Assembly: GCF_008831285.2 (NCBI RefSeq)
Contig: NC_045138.2
Location: 32,178,001-32,242,000, forward strand
Origin: Nymphaea colorata
Lineage: Eukaryota
Direction of reading: 5' to 3'
Length of the DNA: 64,000 nucleotides
Within the stretch, counting starts at the first letter, position 1; every line of letters starts with the position of its first letter. Below are positions 26,010 to 38,674 of this stretch, one piece after another. The notes under the pieces are model-generated. The model was not told the origin of the DNA and searched no databases. It saw nothing but the letters and a program-made list of their open reading frames with translations. The translations under genes and the position numbers were made by a program.

Positions 26010-27560
26010 CACCCTGCCTCACATCTGATGTTAAAACACACATACACACTCTCTCTCTCTGTAGGGATGCTACTCCCAGGAGGTTGCTTCTCTCCCTTTC
26101 TCTTGATTAGAGAGAGGATCCAGGAGGGGAAAGAAGAACGCCACCACCACCAGCAGTCCTGGACAACCAATATTTGAAATTTACAGACAGGAGAGGAGGA
26201 GAAAGAGAGAGAGAGGATCTCACCCTCTAGCTATAGGCAACAGGGAAGAAGCCAATAGGGAGCAGAGCGGCCCCTCCTCTCTACCTCTCCCCTTCTACCA
26301 GGTGGGGTTGGCCAACCACATTAGCAGCGCCATGGTGGCTGCAACTGAAAGAGCCATCCACGACTCTTCCTGCACGCCGCCCATCTCACGGCGACAACCC
26401 GAAAAAAACAAGGATATTATGTTAACATCAACCAAAAGGAAAAGACAGCAGAAAAAACATTAACAACAGATGAAGGGAGTGAGGGAGAAGGCAGGTCACT
26501 TCACCGATTTCCACATGATCATCACCCTCCAAGGAGACCGCCATTAATTGCATTCTCTGCACAAATAGAAGCCCAAGCTTCGTCAAATTAAGTTAAAATA
26601 TGTTCTCTTTCTTCGAAATTTTACTACAAAAGCTACAAGTTTCAAGATTGAGAAATAAGTGTTTCCTCCTAAGATCAACAGTGGATGGAATTTGCTTTTT
26701 TCTTTTGCTTAATTCGACTGCTACCATCCAGCGGATTAACATAAATTAGAGAGACAAAGCACCAGAAAGTCAGAAACACGTCACGGAAACAACAAGGGCA
26801 GGTTGCTTTCACCAACTTCCACATTATCACAGCGGCAACGACGTGACCAAGTGCACGCTGTCATCATTTGCTGTCGGCGGAAATTGCCTGAAGGTCGAGA
26901 GAGAGCGCACTTATTTTATCACCAAAAGTTTGCGAAAAGAAGCTTCACCTTTTGGGGAACTAACATAAATATGTTCTTATTCATCAAATATTTCACTTTA
27001 ATTTTTCAATATACTCCAACCTGCCTCAAGGAGTTTTATTTGAACTTCCAATGCCCGATACGGATTAGCATCGGTGTCTTTTTTAAACGTAAAAGATACT
27101 TTACAATATTGCTTTAAAAATGAAAGGTACATAGACCTATATTGGAGTAGCCGTACGGATCCATATTAGTGTCTCATAAAAAGTGATATTAGTAACACTA
27201 GGTAACTGGCATAGGGGGTTACATGTTCGAGTGCGTGTGTGGTTCCACATTAGTTGACCTCGTGCTAGAAAACCAGATTAGTTGACCTCGTGCTAGAAAA
27301 AAAAACTTCAAAATGTATCAGCATTTCTTATATGAGTAGCTTGAAGAGCCGTTTAGGTTTTTGAGTACTTGGAAGACAAAATAATGGTCAGTGATGGGGT
27401 TGGCGTGATCAGTCACTATTTTGACTGTCAGCAACTATATGTGTTGCAAAGGAAGGTCACGATGTACAAGTTAAAGTACAATAGGGCCGACACCCGAAAG
27501 CACTGAAAGTAGAGTTTGTATTATAAGAAACCCTATACCATAGGGAAACAAAGGGTTGGA

Positions 27561-27748
27561 CCGGGGCATAGCCATGATTTTTTTCAGGCCAAACAATTCA
27601 ACATTTGAATCTGGGTGGAATCAAACTGAACTTGAATCCAAGCAATATATTGTGCAACTAAAAATTTTCAATTTTTTCAATATAATTTTTTTTTCAATTG
27701 ACTGGGGTGGGGCCATGGCCCAGACGGCCCCCGTCCCTCCGCCCCTAG
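27561..27748. mobile_element. Non-autonomous hAT-type MITE (CAGGGGCGGAGCC terminal family), degenerate
   Basis: Ends CCGGGGCATAGCC ... CCTCCGCCCCTA. The internal GCAACTAAAAATTTT...TTTTTTTCA segment is shared with 55644-55848. TSD not recognisable. Confidence 0.65.
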
Positions 27749-28294
27749 GTGAGAGTTTTGTCTCTTTGCTGCACGGTGGGTCTCCTTGGTTCGCTCGAAA
27801 AGACTATGTGATGGAAAAAGAGAGGGTTAACAAACACAATGGCTTGAACAACAATGGTTTGAACAGCAAGTTGCATGGTGAGGCTAAGAGGGTGGAGCAT
27901 AGGAGAGAGGAAAGAGGGTTGAAGAAGGGAGAAATGAACCAGTTAGGGATGAAGACTAGTAGAAAGAAGAGTTGTAGGGAATGTTCAAAATTTCCAATGA
28001 TCATTGTGGACAGTAGCGGAGCTATTGTGGGGCTGGCATGGGCGCCTGCCCACGCTAGCCCAAGATAGCTTCGTGTGAAATGGAGCCTCACGCCCGTGTT
28101 GATGCCGGGTTGCCCATGCCAGAAATGGATCGGGTTCCATGAGCGATCCAGCTTCACAAAGAAACTTAAAACAGTCGGCCCGCCCATTACACCCAAACTC
28201 ACCGAAACTCAGAAAGGGGAAGGCCGAAGGGGCGAAGCGCCGAAGCCACAAATGGCGAAGGGCAAGGCCGTAAGGGTGGCGGGCGCCAGATGAT

Positions 28295-28590
28295 TCTTCA
28301 AGATGATTGAATCGTTTCTTCTTCAAATGTGTTGGGTTTTTTTCATTTTTTCCCCCTTTTGATTTTTGTGCTGAAGAACAGAAGAAGCGCCCAGTGGCTA
28401 GATCTCGATTGGGCGGCAGCAGCAAGCAGCCGACAGGGTGACGAGCGGCAGGTGATTCTTCTTCTTCTTCTTCTTGAATGATTGAAATTTGGATCGTTTC
28501 TTCTTCGAATGTGTTGGGTTTTTTTCATTTTCCCCCCTTCTGATTTTTGTAAGAACAAAAGAAGTGCGCGGTTGCCAGATCTCGATTCTA
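28295..28590. repeat. Imperfect direct repeat (about 185-bp spacing) in the hAT 5' region
   Basis: ATCGTTTCTTCTTC.AATGTGTTGGGTTTTTTCATTTT.CCCCCTT.TGATTTTTGT...AGATCTCGATT occurs at about 28311 and about 28493. Confidence 0.85.
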
Positions 28591-29609
28591 ATTTCCCACA
28601 TGATCAGTTGGTGGGTGCTTTGTTGAGTTGTTCCAGACTGGGGGACTCCTGGTATGGTATATCTTCTTAGTTCTCCCTCGTTTTTTTTTTGTTTGTCACT
28701 TTATTGCTTTTGTCTAATATGTGATATTCCGTTAGGGTGTTTTCAGAACACTTTAATCTGTTTTTGCTTTCTATAGATGGAAATGACTTATGATGGAGAA
28801 AATGACCTAAAGAAGAGTATCTCTTTTGCTGTTTTACATAGAGAAAATGTGCCTGCAGCCTACTGACTGTTGTAGTTGAACTCAAACAACGAAGTCTATC
28901 TATTCTTGTCCTTGCAAATTTTGTAATTCAAAGTTCCATAGTATGCCTCCTAAGGATCAAACCGATGCAAGCTCGAGTTGTTTTGTTTTTATCAACTTCA
29001 TGGTTTCAGTTGGCAAATTCCCATGTGAGATTACAAACTAGCCAAATTCATAGTACATAAAGGAAAGTATCGGCATCCGTTTGGTTCATGACAGAGATAT
29101 TTGATGGTCTTTTCACATTAGCTTGTTTTATCATTGGCTCCAATTGAGGAGGATTCGTTATTAGTTCTTAAACTGATGCGACGTTCATCTGGGAGGAGGA
29201 AATTTTTCGCTCTTTCTATGCAAGCTCCTTGATTCTTCTTTCTTCTATTGATCATCAGTGGTTGTATCAGTACAAAAATTGGAAGTTTGATTTCTTCGCG
29301 CCTTTAAATCCTTCTTTCATCTTATTCTTGAGGATTCCATGAACATATAGTTAATCTATCCTAGTTTTCATGGTTTGATGAATGTCTTGCCATTCAACAT
29401 AGTGGAATGAGTGAACCCTTATACAAAATCATTGCTCTTTAAATATGAGTTCATTGTTGATTCAAACAAAGACCAACTTGCATGTGTTTTGTTTTTGTAA
29501 TGAACAAGACAATTGATTAACAAAAGATGGCAAAGTTAAAGACTTTAACGAGAAGTTCTCCAAGATATTAAGCATATTAAGGTATATTGAAGTTGCAAAT
29601 ATGATATAT

Positions 29610-29920
29610 GTTTGTTACATGCTTTAGTAGAAGATATTTGTTTAGGACAAGAAATAACTGAGACAAGCCAAAAGCCTGCAAATATGATGTATGTTTTTTT
29701 ACATACTTTAGTAGAAGATATTTGTTTAGGACATGAGATAACTGAGACATGACAAAAGTCTGCAAATATGATGTATATTTTTTTATATGCTTGAGTAGAA
29801 AATATTTGTTTAGGATAGGAGATAACTGAGACAAGCCAAAAGTCTACAAATACGATGTATGTGTTTTTATTTTTACATGCTTTAGTAGAAGATAATTAAG
29901 ACAAACCAAAAACCTGCACT
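29610..29920. repeat. About 75-bp tandem minisatellite (about 4 units) inside the hAT element
   Basis: Unit TTTAGTAGAAGATATTTGTTTAGGACA.GA.ATAACTGAGACAAGCCAAAAG.CTGCAAATATGATGTAT is repeated. Confidence 0.9.
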
Positions 29921-30066
29921 TATGGTGATATTTTAACCAATGATGCAATTCCTGCATATGTCTCTTGTTGAGAACACTGCCACAAGAAAATTAAAGAAAC
30001 AAAACTATGAAAACCACATGTTCTTTATATACTATTTTATTTTTATTTTATTTTTAATGAATAGGC

Positions 30067-32421
30067 ATGGATAAGTTTGTGGTGAGAATGCCTACATCTG
30101 ATAAACATTATTCAAAACGAGAAAAATCAAATTAAGAAAAGAAGGAGAATCAAGTGAAAAGCAAAATGATATAGAATTTGACGAAGCAGAGTTGCCTGCA
30201 GATCCTATGCTTCGTCCTTATATGTCAACTTATCATCCAAATGTTTAGGAAAGTATTCGCAGAGCTGATCTTCTGTGAGGCTCTTGTCAGCATCGTAATT
30301 GTGAATTTTAGCCCAACCATCAAAAGCGAAAGTTTAATCCAAAATGGTTTGATGAGTATAAGAATTGGTTGGAGTACAGTCCAAGCAAACATAAAGCATA
30401 TTGTCAATATTGCTACCTTCTGACAAATTTGTTACAAAGGCATTTGTGTCTGATAGGTTTAACAATTGGAAAGAGAAGAAGAAATTTGATTTACATATTG
30501 GGGGCTCTAACAGTCATTATAATGTAGCACGAATGAAGTGTATAAGCTTAATACAACAAAGAAAACATATCAGTCCAATGCTTCATAAGTAAAGTGACCA
30601 ACAATGACCAACAAAACAATGAACATCAAACTCATCTTTGGGCAATTGTCAATGTAATAGGATATTGTTAAGACAAAGATTACCATTTCGAGGGCATGAT
30701 GAAAGTGAACCCTCTTTCAATAGAAGAAATTTTATCGAAATATTGAAATCATTTGCAAAGATTAGTAGCCAAATTAATAAAGTTGTATTGAAGAATGCTC
30801 TAGAGAATAACAAGCTCACATCTCCCGATATACAAAAAAGATATTATAAGAGTATGTGCAATAGAAACTACAAATGCTATTATGAAAGAAGCTTGGAGAT
30901 ACTTTTTTTTCTCTATTGCTTGATGATTCTCGAGATATCGATTAAAGAACAAATGACTATTGTATTATGATTTGTTAATGAAAAGGGTCAAGTAGTTGAG
31001 TGATTTCTTGCCCTTATACATGTGATTGAGACAAGTGCCATATCATTAAAAGCAGTGGCAGAAGTAACATTCTGCAAGCATGGATTGAGCATAGCAAGTT
31101 TGCACGGACAAGGTTATAATGGAGCAAGCAATATGAAATGTGCATTTAATGGACTAAAGACTCTTATATTAAATGAGAATGAGTCTGCATATTATATTCA
31201 TTGTTTTGCACATCAACTCCAATTGGCACTAGTTGTTGTTGTTGAATATCATCCAGTAACTGAGTTCTTTTTTGAAATATTATCCAGATTGTCAAATTTT
31301 TTCTCTACTTCTTGTAAAAGGTCTGACCTTATTCGGGAAGCAGAATGCATGAGAATTGCTAAAGCACTTGAGTTAAGTGAACTTCAAACATGACGATGAT
31401 TAAATCAAGAGATGAGTCTCAAACGACTTGGTGATACTTGCTGGAGTTCTCATTATGATGCCTGAGTCAATTTAGTCAACATGTATCCTTCTGTGATTAA
31501 GGTATTAGATTTTATTGCAGAAAATATAATTAAAGGAAAATGAGAGGCACTTGAATTGATATGTACCTTGCGAAATTTTGAATTTATATTTGACTTGCAT
31601 TTGATGTATAAAGTTTTGGGGGTAACTGACACACTTTCACAAGCACTTCAACGAAAAGATCAAGATATTGTAAATGCTATGAATTTAGTTATTGTATAAA
31701 AAAGATGCCTTCAAGATTTGAGAGATAATGGTTGAGACTCTTTTATGAGTGAAATTTCTATATTTTGTAACAAATTTGATATATTTGAGCCTAATTTAGA
31801 GGAAATCTATACACCTAAATGACGACCCAGACGTGTACACGAAAGGATTACATTTTCGCATCATTATCGTATTAAAGTATTTTATGCCGTTATTGATATG
31901 CAACTTTAAGAGTTGAACAGTCGTTTCACTGAGGCAAATACAGAACTTCTTCTTTCAGTGGCATGTTTAAGTCCAAAGAATAACTTTTCTGCTTTTGACA
32001 AACATAAGTTGATTAGTCTTGCCGAGTTCTATCCTAAAGACTTCAATGAAGCAGATTTCTATAGACTTGAAATCAATTAAATGTATATCTTGAAGACATG
32101 AAAACCACTGAAGAGTTTTCAAATTTAAAATCTTTGACTGAGCTATCTGAAATGATGGTAACAACTGGAAAACACATAATATTTCTTCTGGTGTATTTGT
32201 TGATTAAATTAGCACTAACTTTACTAGTTGCAACTGCAAGTGTTGAGAGAGCATTTTCAGCTATGAACATTATCAAAACTAGACTTCGTAACAAGATGGG
32301 AGATGAATGAGTTAATGATGCTTTAGTCACTTACATCGAGAAAAACACATTTGATAGTATTAGTGATGAAGCAATCATGCATCGTTTTCAGAATATGAAA
32401 AACAAATGAGGCCACATGTAA
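30067..32421 (+). pseudogene. hAT transposase pseudogene (ZMYM1-like: TTF zinc finger, DUF4371, hAT dimerisation domain)
   Basis: Fragments LLRQRLPFRGHDESEPSFNRRNFIEIL, LTSPDIQK, KEQMTIVL*FV, GQGYNGASNM, YIHCFAHQLQLAL and LLVATASVERAFSAMNIIKTRLRNKMGDE appear in the expected order. Many stops and frameshifts. Confidence 0.93.
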
Positions 32422-33599
32422 TTTTGTACATTACTATAGTTTTTTTGACTTGCTTTTTGTGGCCAATTGTAAACTTGTTTATAACTATAGTCATTTTATT
32501 TACTTTTTTATGCTAATTGTAAATTTGTTCATATTCATAGTCATCCAATTGACTATTTTGATGTCATTGGCCAATTGTAATTTTGTCCATAACACTAATG
32601 ATATGATTTGCTTGTTGGGACCCATTGTAAGTTTGTTCATAACTATGATTATTTGCTTTATTTTAAAATAACATATATTTTAGTTTGATTATTTTTTTTC
32701 ACATTAGTGCCCCATAGCCAAAAATTTCTGGCTCCGCCACTGATTGTGGACATAGAAAATTGAATAACAAAAGAATAAAAAAGTGAGAGAAAATGAGAGA
32801 AAGGGAGAGAGAGATTGGAGGGTGAAGAAGTGAGAAATATAGGGAAAGAAAAAAAATGATGAAGATTATGAGAAAGAAAAAAAAAGTTGACAAACAAAGA
32901 AATGAAAAACCAAGTGTTGTAGGGGGATGTACAAGGAACAAGGAACATATGAAAAGGATGGAGCTTATAAAGGAGCTTCAGGGACATGAAAAAATTTAAA
33001 GAAGCTGAGAATGGAGAATTAGGAAGAGTTGCACGGATAGAAGGGGAGGATGGAGATGAAAAGGGTGAAGAAGTGGGATTTTGGGATGGAGAAGAAGAAG
33101 ACCAACGTGAGGATAAGAGGGTACCAATAAAAATAATCCATGGTAGGTTCTTTTGAAATATATATAGTTGATATCATGTAGGAAGTGGTTTATTTTGTCT
33201 TATTCAGTAAATCACTTAAAAATTATAGACAATGACTAGATGATAAATGTGATATAACTTTTCTTATACTTTGTGGTTGTTATGGAGTTGGGCCAGGGGA
33301 GGGAGGGGGTTCATTCATGACAATCATGAATAATTAACTCAAAGCGAGTTATGCAAATTAGGAAGTAATTTAATTTTGAGTTGGTTAATTTAAAGAAGTC
33401 AATAATTTTATGCTCAGTAGAGTAGCGGTGATGTAAACCAAGAAACATCAAACCAAATAAATCATTATACAAATGATTTGTAGGTCCATTGACAATTATT
33501 TACTTTTAAGTTAATATTTATTTAGAAACTTAGATAATAATTTATTGTGTCAACAACAACTATCGACATATGATGTTCTACTTGTAATATGTTTCACAA

Positions 33600-34320
33600 G
33601 TGAATCCTTTTAGGTTGTGCATAAAACACTCTATTATCTGATCAGTTAAACAATTACTAAAAAGAGCAACTAAGGATGATGCACTTTGGCTAGATTTCAA
33701 ATAACAACTATTTTGAGGTCTACTTGATGAAGAAGAATGTTTTGTTGAAGAATGTTTTGATCAACATTTTCTAATTTAGAGATTCTAAGATCACTACGAT
33801 GGTGAACAATATTCCAAGAATTATGGGTTTAAGGTAGTATAAAAATTGTGCTAAAAAAGACAAGAGATAAGTGTGCAACCCTCCTATGCATGACAATAAG
33901 AGAATTCATGATTGTAGACAAGTGCAAGGTGGCCCAGTTCATTGAAGACATTGAACAAGTGAATTGCCATGCATGGGGTGTCCTTATGCTCGCTCATTTA
34001 TACACAAATATTTGTAATGGGTTTATGCCATGTCCACATCTATTTGAATCCAAGTAATTCCCAATGACAAAATTCATGATGATGAAGATCTCGTATATAC
34101 AAGAGAAATGGTTGGGATGATCTATGTGGGCACATCAATGGAAGCTCATCAAGAAATAAATTATTATTTATTTTCTTGGACTACATAAAACAACAATTCA
34201 TGATTGTAGATAAGTGCAAGCTGGCCCTGATTCATTGAAGACATTGAACAAGTAAATTGCTATGCATGGGGTGCTGCTATGTTCACTTGTACATAAATAT
34301 TTGTCATGGGTTCATGCTGT
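33600..34320 (+). pseudogene. Plant Mobile Domain (PMD, MAIN/MAIL-like) relic, partly duplicated
   Basis: KITTMVNNIPRIMGLR resembles the PMD T-I-T-L-x-D-V-x-x-I-x-G-L motif. FIEDIEQVNCHAWGVLMLAHLYTNIC (about 33937-34017) and a second copy FIEDIEQVNCYAWGAAM (about 34231-34285) match Y-x-W-G-x-A-x-L-A-x-L-Y. Confidence 0.7.
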
Positions 34321-36389
34321 CATTTGTTTGTACAACCTTCAAATAATTCTCAACAACAAAATTCATAAGGCTTGTAGACAAAGAAGAATTTAGGTATGTC
34401 ATTCTACAAGAAATGGGTGCTCTAAGGCTGAAATTAATAACATTTGATAATAAATATAACAATTTGAACATGTAACTTAAATTGTCCAATGTAGTTTGCT
34501 ACCCATTACACCATTCTATCAACAATGCACTTTTTGGGTTTCACAAAAGAGAGAGAAAGATTAACAATAAAGTTGTTGAATATATTGGTGTTCTAAGTGC
34601 TATAAACAGAAACATGATTGTCATAATAACTTGTTTGTTCTTTTGATGGGTTGTTCTTGAAAATGACTTGGTTGTTTTTTGCCATTTGTTTTTTTCCATT
34701 TTCTTACCAGCAACTTTTTGTGCACTATTCTTTTTTCTAGTAATTGTAATAATTTCTTAGCTTTCTTTTGATATATGTTGTTATATGTATTAATCTATTG
34801 GGTATCTACACTTGGGTGGTGCTTCTTCTGTGGGTTAAGGGTTGTAAAACCTTTAGAACTCACTTTTATTTTGTGACATTGTTTAGGTGGGTTGTTATAG
34901 ATTGATGGTCAAGACAACTTTCCTAGTGCATCACTTGTTAATTTCTTCTTGTATTTATATGTTTCTTTACTTTTTGATGTCAAATCTACTAAATGCATAA
35001 GTTATATATGCATGAGGTTGTAATAAGAAGCTATTTGACACTTCTTATCTTCACATTAAGGACTTATGACTTGTATACAATATTTCTATCTTCTATGCTT
35101 TGTTCATCTTTCATAATAAGTGACGTAGATAATTCTCTAATGTTTCTTAATCAAGTGCTTTTGATATATATTGAATAAATTACCTTTGAAGTAGTATTTT
35201 TTTGCATGTATACTTGACTACTTTGTCATTAATATTGTAAGTAACATATGTTTCTTGCCCTTAAAAGATTCTTTGTCCTCCCATACCTGATGATACCTAT
35301 AGAGATTTGTTTTTTGGATGCCTACTTATATGTTCTAATTTATAGCAGCTCCATTTTATGCAAATGCAGTTGAGGGGTACACATATTGTGGCTCACATTA
35401 ATATTTTTATACACAAAATTGTGGGTGTAAGTTGAAGCATTTCACATTTTCTTTAAGTTCGTTGATAGTCTCCATTGTAAGCCATTCAAATGCAATTGAG
35501 GGATGCACATATTGTAGCTCACATTAACATTTTTATACCCAAAATTGTGGGTGTAAGTTGAAGCATTGGCATTTTTTTAAAGCTTATTTTGTTTAAGACC
35601 ATTAATAAATAATTCATGTTGTTCTAAGAGACAAAAGATTAATAAAAAACAATCACAATTGACAACGCCATGACTCGAACTCGAATAAACTCATGATTGG
35701 GTAATCAGGTCAAAGAGTTGTCCAAACGACTCGACTAAGTTAGGTCACAAATTTTTATAATGCATTTTTTCTATAAATAAATTGTTGTGACTTCATGTTT
35801 GATCCTTTCATCAACTTACAATGACTAACATATAATATGAGTGTTTATGTATAATTAGTAAAATTTATGATATTTCACTATTCAAAAAATAAGAAACTTT
35901 AGTATTCATCAACACACAACAAAAAAAGAACATGCAATTAGTTGGTGATCCCAAGTAACTGATGAGCCTAACTCGCAACCTAGTAAATAGATGATTCTAC
36001 CCAACTTGGCTGACTTGCAACAGGGATTAGAGAGTTTGTCAACTACGGCAACAATAAAAGAAATTTTCAGTGTATGATGATAATCTCAAATTTTTGTGTA
36101 CTTATCATACCTATATATATGTAGTGTCTTTCGTTGCCAATGCTCATTTCCTTTTTATCTTCATCCAATCTTTGAAAACATATATTTTCTTTAAGGTTGT
36201 ACATACAAAAAATTTGTTCCTATGAAAATTAAAAAGTGAGACTGTCTTTGCATTGGAGCATGTACATTCTAAGACTTTCGTTGAAGCATGTCTTTTAATT
36301 AAGTGTATACTTATGTTGTTTCCTATATTTTGGACAATGTGCTAACAAATATTTAACCATATGTGAGACAGTTGCAATTGCTATTAAAT

Positions 36390-37170
36390 TTTGTCATTTG
36401 TTAATACAACTTTGGGGGTGTTTTGCATTTATTGCTTAAGCACATACCACAAGCAGTCACTCAAAAGTCTATGCAGTCTGTTGCACAAAAATGCACCACT
36501 CAAAATGGAACTCTGGGGTGATGGTCTATGTCTAAACACTGCAAACATGATCATGGATGAGTATTAATCATTGTTTTGTAGAAAACAAGAGCATTATTAA
36601 AATCTATTTGTAGCATATCAATCTTCATTTACTTGCATCACATTATAGAAACAAGGGTCCAGGCTTAATTTCTTCTACAAATAATCAACTAACATATTTC
36701 ACTATTTTTCATGGTCTTTGTCTTCTTTCTCCTCAGGTGGTCCTTTAATTCATGCATATGAATAGAAAATTTTCACAATCATTATCTATGTTTACAAAGG
36801 GATTACAAGTCTTCGTTAGTACAATGTTAGCCTTTCAATACTTTAACATATTAGACATACTTAGAGATACCAAATTATTGTTATGATCACGTAAGAAGGT
36901 ATACACATTGTATTTCCCATTGGGAAGCAATGTTATCACCATTCTTGCTTGACAATCATATCTTGAATTTGGCTTCCACAATATTAAATTTCCACTTAGC
37001 TTCTTTTGACCTTCTTCAGAACAAATCTGTCTCGACTGACACAATGTGCACATTTATCCAAAACTCATTTCTAACATTGAAATCATGCTCAAGAGCATAA
37101 ACATTATAAAATTGTACGTGTTTGCCTCATTATCGAATGACATTCCTATTATTGGATACAAGGGTCAACA
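36390..37170 (-). pseudogene. FAR1/FHY3-type Mutator-like (MULE) transposase relic
   Basis: Minus-strand fragments in order: PIIGMSFDNEANTYNF/YNVYALEHDFNVR, RQICSEEGQKK, SRYDCQARMVITLLPNGKYNVYTFLRDHNNNL (FAR1 DNA-binding domain), DPCFYNVMQVNED, FLDIDHH and TFE*LL...AINAKHPK (start of the MULE domain). Stops and frameshifts are present. Confidence 0.85.
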
Positions 37171-37621
37171 ATATTGTTAGTGCTTGCACCTGCATCACAA
37201 AAACAGCGGTAGAAAAGACCATTCTATTCACCTTTCTTATCGCTGGGAATACTAACTTCAGGCTCATTATTTATATAATCACCAAAACATTTTCATATGC
37301 AGGACTAGAGTTAGGTACATCATTCATCCAGATGTTATTTTCGTGATTAGAACTTTCAAAACTAATTGAGATACCTTCATCACTGCTGCCATATTTTTCA
37401 CTACTACCAAAAGATATGGGTATCACTAGTAAAACACATCATACTACATGCATACCCAAAATGAAGTTATTTGAGTGGATAAAGTCCACAATATTTTTTT
37501 TACCAAAATGCATGTGACAACTGAACAACAATGATTAATTGCACATGACCAACTATTAATGTAAAATAAAGCTGCAGTGACTTACCAAATAAAATAAAGT
37601 TCAACTAATGAGTTACCACTT

Positions 37622-37623
<2 letters not shown>

Positions 37624-37704
<81 letters not shown>
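37624..37704. repeat. Long (AT)n microsatellite (about 40 units)
   Basis: Directly visible. Confidence 0.97.
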
Positions 37705-37706
<2 letters not shown>

Positions 37707-38476
37707 TGATAAGTAAAGCAGTCTAATGAGCTGTTATATAGAAATTTGAGTTATACCTTTTGGTGACCACCAACTAACGCATACGCATACGATGACGATG
37801 ATTTAGCGAACACGCATTTGACTATGTACACGGTGAGATACCGAGATGACATACGACACCAATTTGTGATATGATCTTTGAACTTTTCCGCCGCGTTCCT
37901 TAAACTCTATCATCTTGAAGTAATTTCCAATGCAATGGATCAATTCCACCATGGCAGGCTAATAGACAGAAAATATTATCCCCATGGAATATCTTACAAG
38001 AACTACTGCTCGCATAGGTAAAAGCATGGGACAAGGGTTGTAACGTGAATCACGTTGCACGAGTTTGACTTTAAAAATCCACGGATAATATTTCTTGGGC
38101 CGCCCTCTTCATTTTTTACCAATAGGAGAGGAGGAATGGCCGGAGAGCTCGACAACGCAGCGCCGGTGGGTCAACAATTTCGAGCTCTTCTCCACAAAAG
38201 AGATTGGCCGCCGCAGGAGACGGGGAATCATCACGCGGAACTTTCGCTGCATGAAGACGACGTTGATTGGGAATGCAGGCCGTCGGCGTCCTTTTCCCTT
38301 CTGATCTCTCTCTCTCTCCGTGGGAGAAACCTTGACTGCAGAGTCTCCATCCCTGTAAGGACGTGTATCTGAAGTCATAGGGCACAGGTAGCGAGCTTTC
38401 CACGAGAGAGGGAGGGTTGACTGAGATGTTCTGGCAAAGGGTTCATTCCATCTGATTGGTGCCCGTCAACTCCCAT

Positions 38477-38502
<26 letters not shown>
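38477..38502. repeat. (TC)n microsatellite / GAGA-type element in the transporter promoter or 5' leader
   Basis: TC run about 170-200 nt upstream of the transporter ATG. Confidence 0.9.
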
Positions 38503-38507
<5 letters not shown>

Positions 38508-38674
38508 GACGCTGCCCTACCATCCCATTCTCGTCGCTTTCCCATATCTCAGATCTACACCGCTCTTTTGCAGATCTGAGACCAAAAAATATCCGGCAGG
38601 AAAACCACGGAGTTTCTTTCCTTCTCTCTGTATTCTCCCTCCCCCTCCGAGGAGGACAAAGAAGGGAGAGAAGC

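Larger units (their letters stand above)
28011..32742 (+). mobile_element. Full-length but inactivated hAT DNA transposon (4732 bp)
   Basis: TIRs CAGTAGCGGAGC (28011) and GCTCCGCCACTG (ends 32742) match 11/12. Perfect 8-bp TSD ATTGTGGA at 28003-28010 and 32743-32750. Internal transposase relic present. Confidence 0.95.

Noticed and set aside
27556..28670. ORFs of 130-170 aa at the hAT left end
   Set aside because: They run across MITE, TSD and TIR boundaries and low-complexity repeats, so they are chance ORFs.
29577..29920. Repetitive 85-aa ORF and CRISPR-like periodicity
   Set aside because: It is a minisatellite with near-identical units and no unique spacers, in a eukaryotic context.
38055..38403. 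Overlapping ORFs upstream of PLT4
   Set aside because: GC-rich promoter or leader sequence; no family resemblance.
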